This document shows positions 62,073 through 64,000 of a stretch of 64,000 bases of DNA, piece after piece (within the stretch, counting starts at the first letter, position 1; each line of letters begins with the position of its first letter). This DNA comes from Abditibacterium sp. (GTDB lineage Bacteria; Armatimonadota; Abditibacteriia; Abditibacteriales; Abditibacteriaceae), in the NCBI GenBank assembly GCA_965246885.1, contig OZ251992.1, forward strand, positions 2,496,001 through 2,560,000, written 5' to 3'. The notes beneath the pieces were generated by a model that made no database searches, was not told the origin of the DNA, and saw only the letters and a list, made by a program, of their open reading frames with translations. Made by a program: the position numbers and the translations under genes.

Positions 62073-64000
62073 CAGGTGAAATCAAACGGCACGGGAGCTT
62101 CAGGCGCGGCAGAGGGTGTTGGCGCGGCGGGCGGCATCGGCGCGTACGTGGGTGGATAAGTGGGTGGCATCGGCGCCGCGTTGGACGGGGCCGTCGGGTA
62201 AGTGGAGTGAGGCGCCGCATGAGTGGGCGCGCGGGGCGTAGGCACACCATTAGCGCCGGGAAAAGGCGCGACGACGGGTTGCTCTGGGGCCAGCAAGTTA
62301 CGGTCGAACGGTGCGTTGAGGCGGGCGCTCAGTTCGCGGTCGTTTTTCCAATACCCGCACAATAGCTCGAACGCTTCGGCGGGTGTGAGACGGGCGGCGC
62401 CAGCCCCTTGCGCGCTTGCGGTCGTGTTTGGCCCATCTTTTTCGTAGCGCGTCGAGAAGCGGCTGGGCGTGCGCCAGAAGCCGAGGCTTTCGCTGTTGCG
62501 ATACACCCATTCCAAACCTTGAGCGGTGCTTTCGACGCCCAAACGGAGGCGCACGCGCTTGATGTCGTCTTCAAGGCACTCTTGGAAGTCCGGATAATCG
62601 CGCAAAGTCGTCGCCGCTTCGCGCAAGTCGGGCGGCAGATGGAGCGTGTGACGCCCCGGAGCCAACTCTTTGGCGGGCGAATAGACCCACCCGCTCGCGC
62701 TTTGCTTGACCAGAATCCCCGCTTCCGTTCCGTCGCGCGACAGGCCGCGCCCCTACAAAAGCAGCCCTTGGCGCCACGACAATTTGCCGTCGCGGTCGCC
62801 GTCGAAGGGCATCCATTTGACATCGGTGCGCGCGTGGACGAACAGCTTCTCGCTTTCAAGCTCGAACGATTGGCGGCAGTTATTGCCTTCCAGTTCGGGT
62901 GGCTGAAAGCCAGTCACCATTGGAAGCGAGAAGCCGCCGAGGGCGCGCACCAGTAGCAAGTCTTGGGGCGTTGTGCTTTCCTCGAACTGCATTCGGACGC
63001 CACCATCGCGCATCCCTTGAAGCGTATTATAAGCGGCGCCCGCTTTGGTTCCCGCTTGGCTGGGCGCGTTTTTGGCGCCTTGAAAAAACACCAAGTCCAC
63101 CTCGTTGGCGCCGGTCAGTTGCACTAAGCCACTGGTGCGATTGAGGCCCAGCTTGACGGCGCTTTTATCGCGCACATCGCGCAAAAGCGTGGCATTGCCG
63201 ATTTCGGGACGCGCCAACACCGATTCTTGCAAAAGCGGCGAGAACGTCGAGCGGAAGGCGCGCGCCATCGTTTCGGCCTGAAGGCGCAGTTCGCGCGTCA
63301 GATCCTCGCCCGCCGCGCGCATGGCGACGCCGTCCACAAAGTAGGTGCCCAGTTGGGTTGGCTCGCCCGATGCCGCGTCTACATGGGGCAACGCGTTCCA
63401 CCCGTGCGCAAAAGCGTTCTGCGCGCGCAGTTTGGCCTCAGGCCCCGCTTGATTCCAAAAGGCGAGGAAGCGCGCCTCAATAGTGCGGTTCGGCTCGAAG
63501 AGGGATTCGCCGTTGAGAATGGGCTTGGCCTCATCTATTTTGGCGAGCTTGCCCGCCAGAATTTCGCGCATCTGGCGCGCCCGCGCAACGAGGGCGGTGT
63601 CGTCGTTGCCACCCGCGCCCGCGATGTGGGCTTTCATGGTACGGACGAGGGGGAGCAAACGCTCGCACAGCATCCGTTCGGGCGCAAGGAGCATGGAGTC
63701 TAAGCGCTTGCGATAGGCGGATTGCGCGGCTTCGGAGTAGCCGACCAGTTCTCGCTCGATGGCGCGTTTGCGGCCAATGAACAGCGCCACGAACGGGTCG
63801 GTCGCGCACGCTTCGACGCGTGAGCGGGCGGCAGCGAGGGCGTTCTTGGCGCTCTTTTGGCTTTTGTCGAGCGCGTCGGCGCCTGCCCCAGAACCCAACT
63901 CCTTGGCGCGGTTTTCCAGCCATTTGGCCGCTTCGCCCAAGATGACGTCACACCAAACGGGGCCGCGATTGGGGTCGCGCAGTGCCAGTTGGATTTCGCG
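62072..64000 (-). pseudogene. C-terminal part of a large, probably tubulin-like (Tubulin_2/FtsZ-like) protein, interrupted by one in-frame TAG at 62753-62755
   Basis: The frame is open from the window edge (REIQLALRDPNRGPVW...) to TAG 62753 and continues in the same frame (GRGLSRDG...LAPGRHTLHL) to 62072, ending in a Pro-rich tail with TGATG overlap. 'DP..GP' and 'LLLVRALGGFSL...FVHAR' resemble Tubulin_2-protein C-termini. The GTPase domain is not in the window. Confidence 0.5.

Noticed and set aside
49604..62755. Amber recoding suggested by in-frame TAGs in cas4 and the tubulin-like gene
   Set aside because: TAG ends intact genes here (PIN gene at 31235, DUF1559 gene at 26651), and cas4 also has a frameshift, so decay is the simpler explanation.

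Overview
GC-rich bacterial window. Three DUF1559-type prepilin-like genes with the [47 protein letters not shown]-terminus suggest Abditibacteriota/Armatimonadota (inference). Left to right: (1) a scar joining SNF2-helicase and phosphoketolase remnants, then a class I fructose-bisphosphate aldolase; (2) a pair of very large uncharacterised genes (about 1560 and 1358 aa), the first with a Tat-like signal; (3) two convergent glycan-utilisation clusters built as regulator -> DUF1559 pilin-like -> secreted beta-helix or TIM-barrel glycoside hydrolases, with a shared LacI-type operator; (4) a comM/yifB 3' remnant followed by a defence-island-like region: PIN/HTH and GNAT/DUF1778 toxin-antitoxin modules, an IS5-family remnant abutting a 14-kb CRISPR array of about 214 repeats, and a type I-B (Cst/DevR-like) cas operon with WYL regulator, a Cas7 carrying an insert of about 150 aa, and broken cas4 and cas1; (5) a translationally coupled operon running off the right edge, encoding a probable tubulin-like protein C-terminus (one in-frame TAG), a ZorA/MotA-like protein with a long tail, a ZorB/MotB-OmpA-like protein and an unknown ORF. 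Five intergenic tandem arrays with different sequences but the same 21-bp period are spread across the window. All family calls come from motif recognition by eye; no searches were run.
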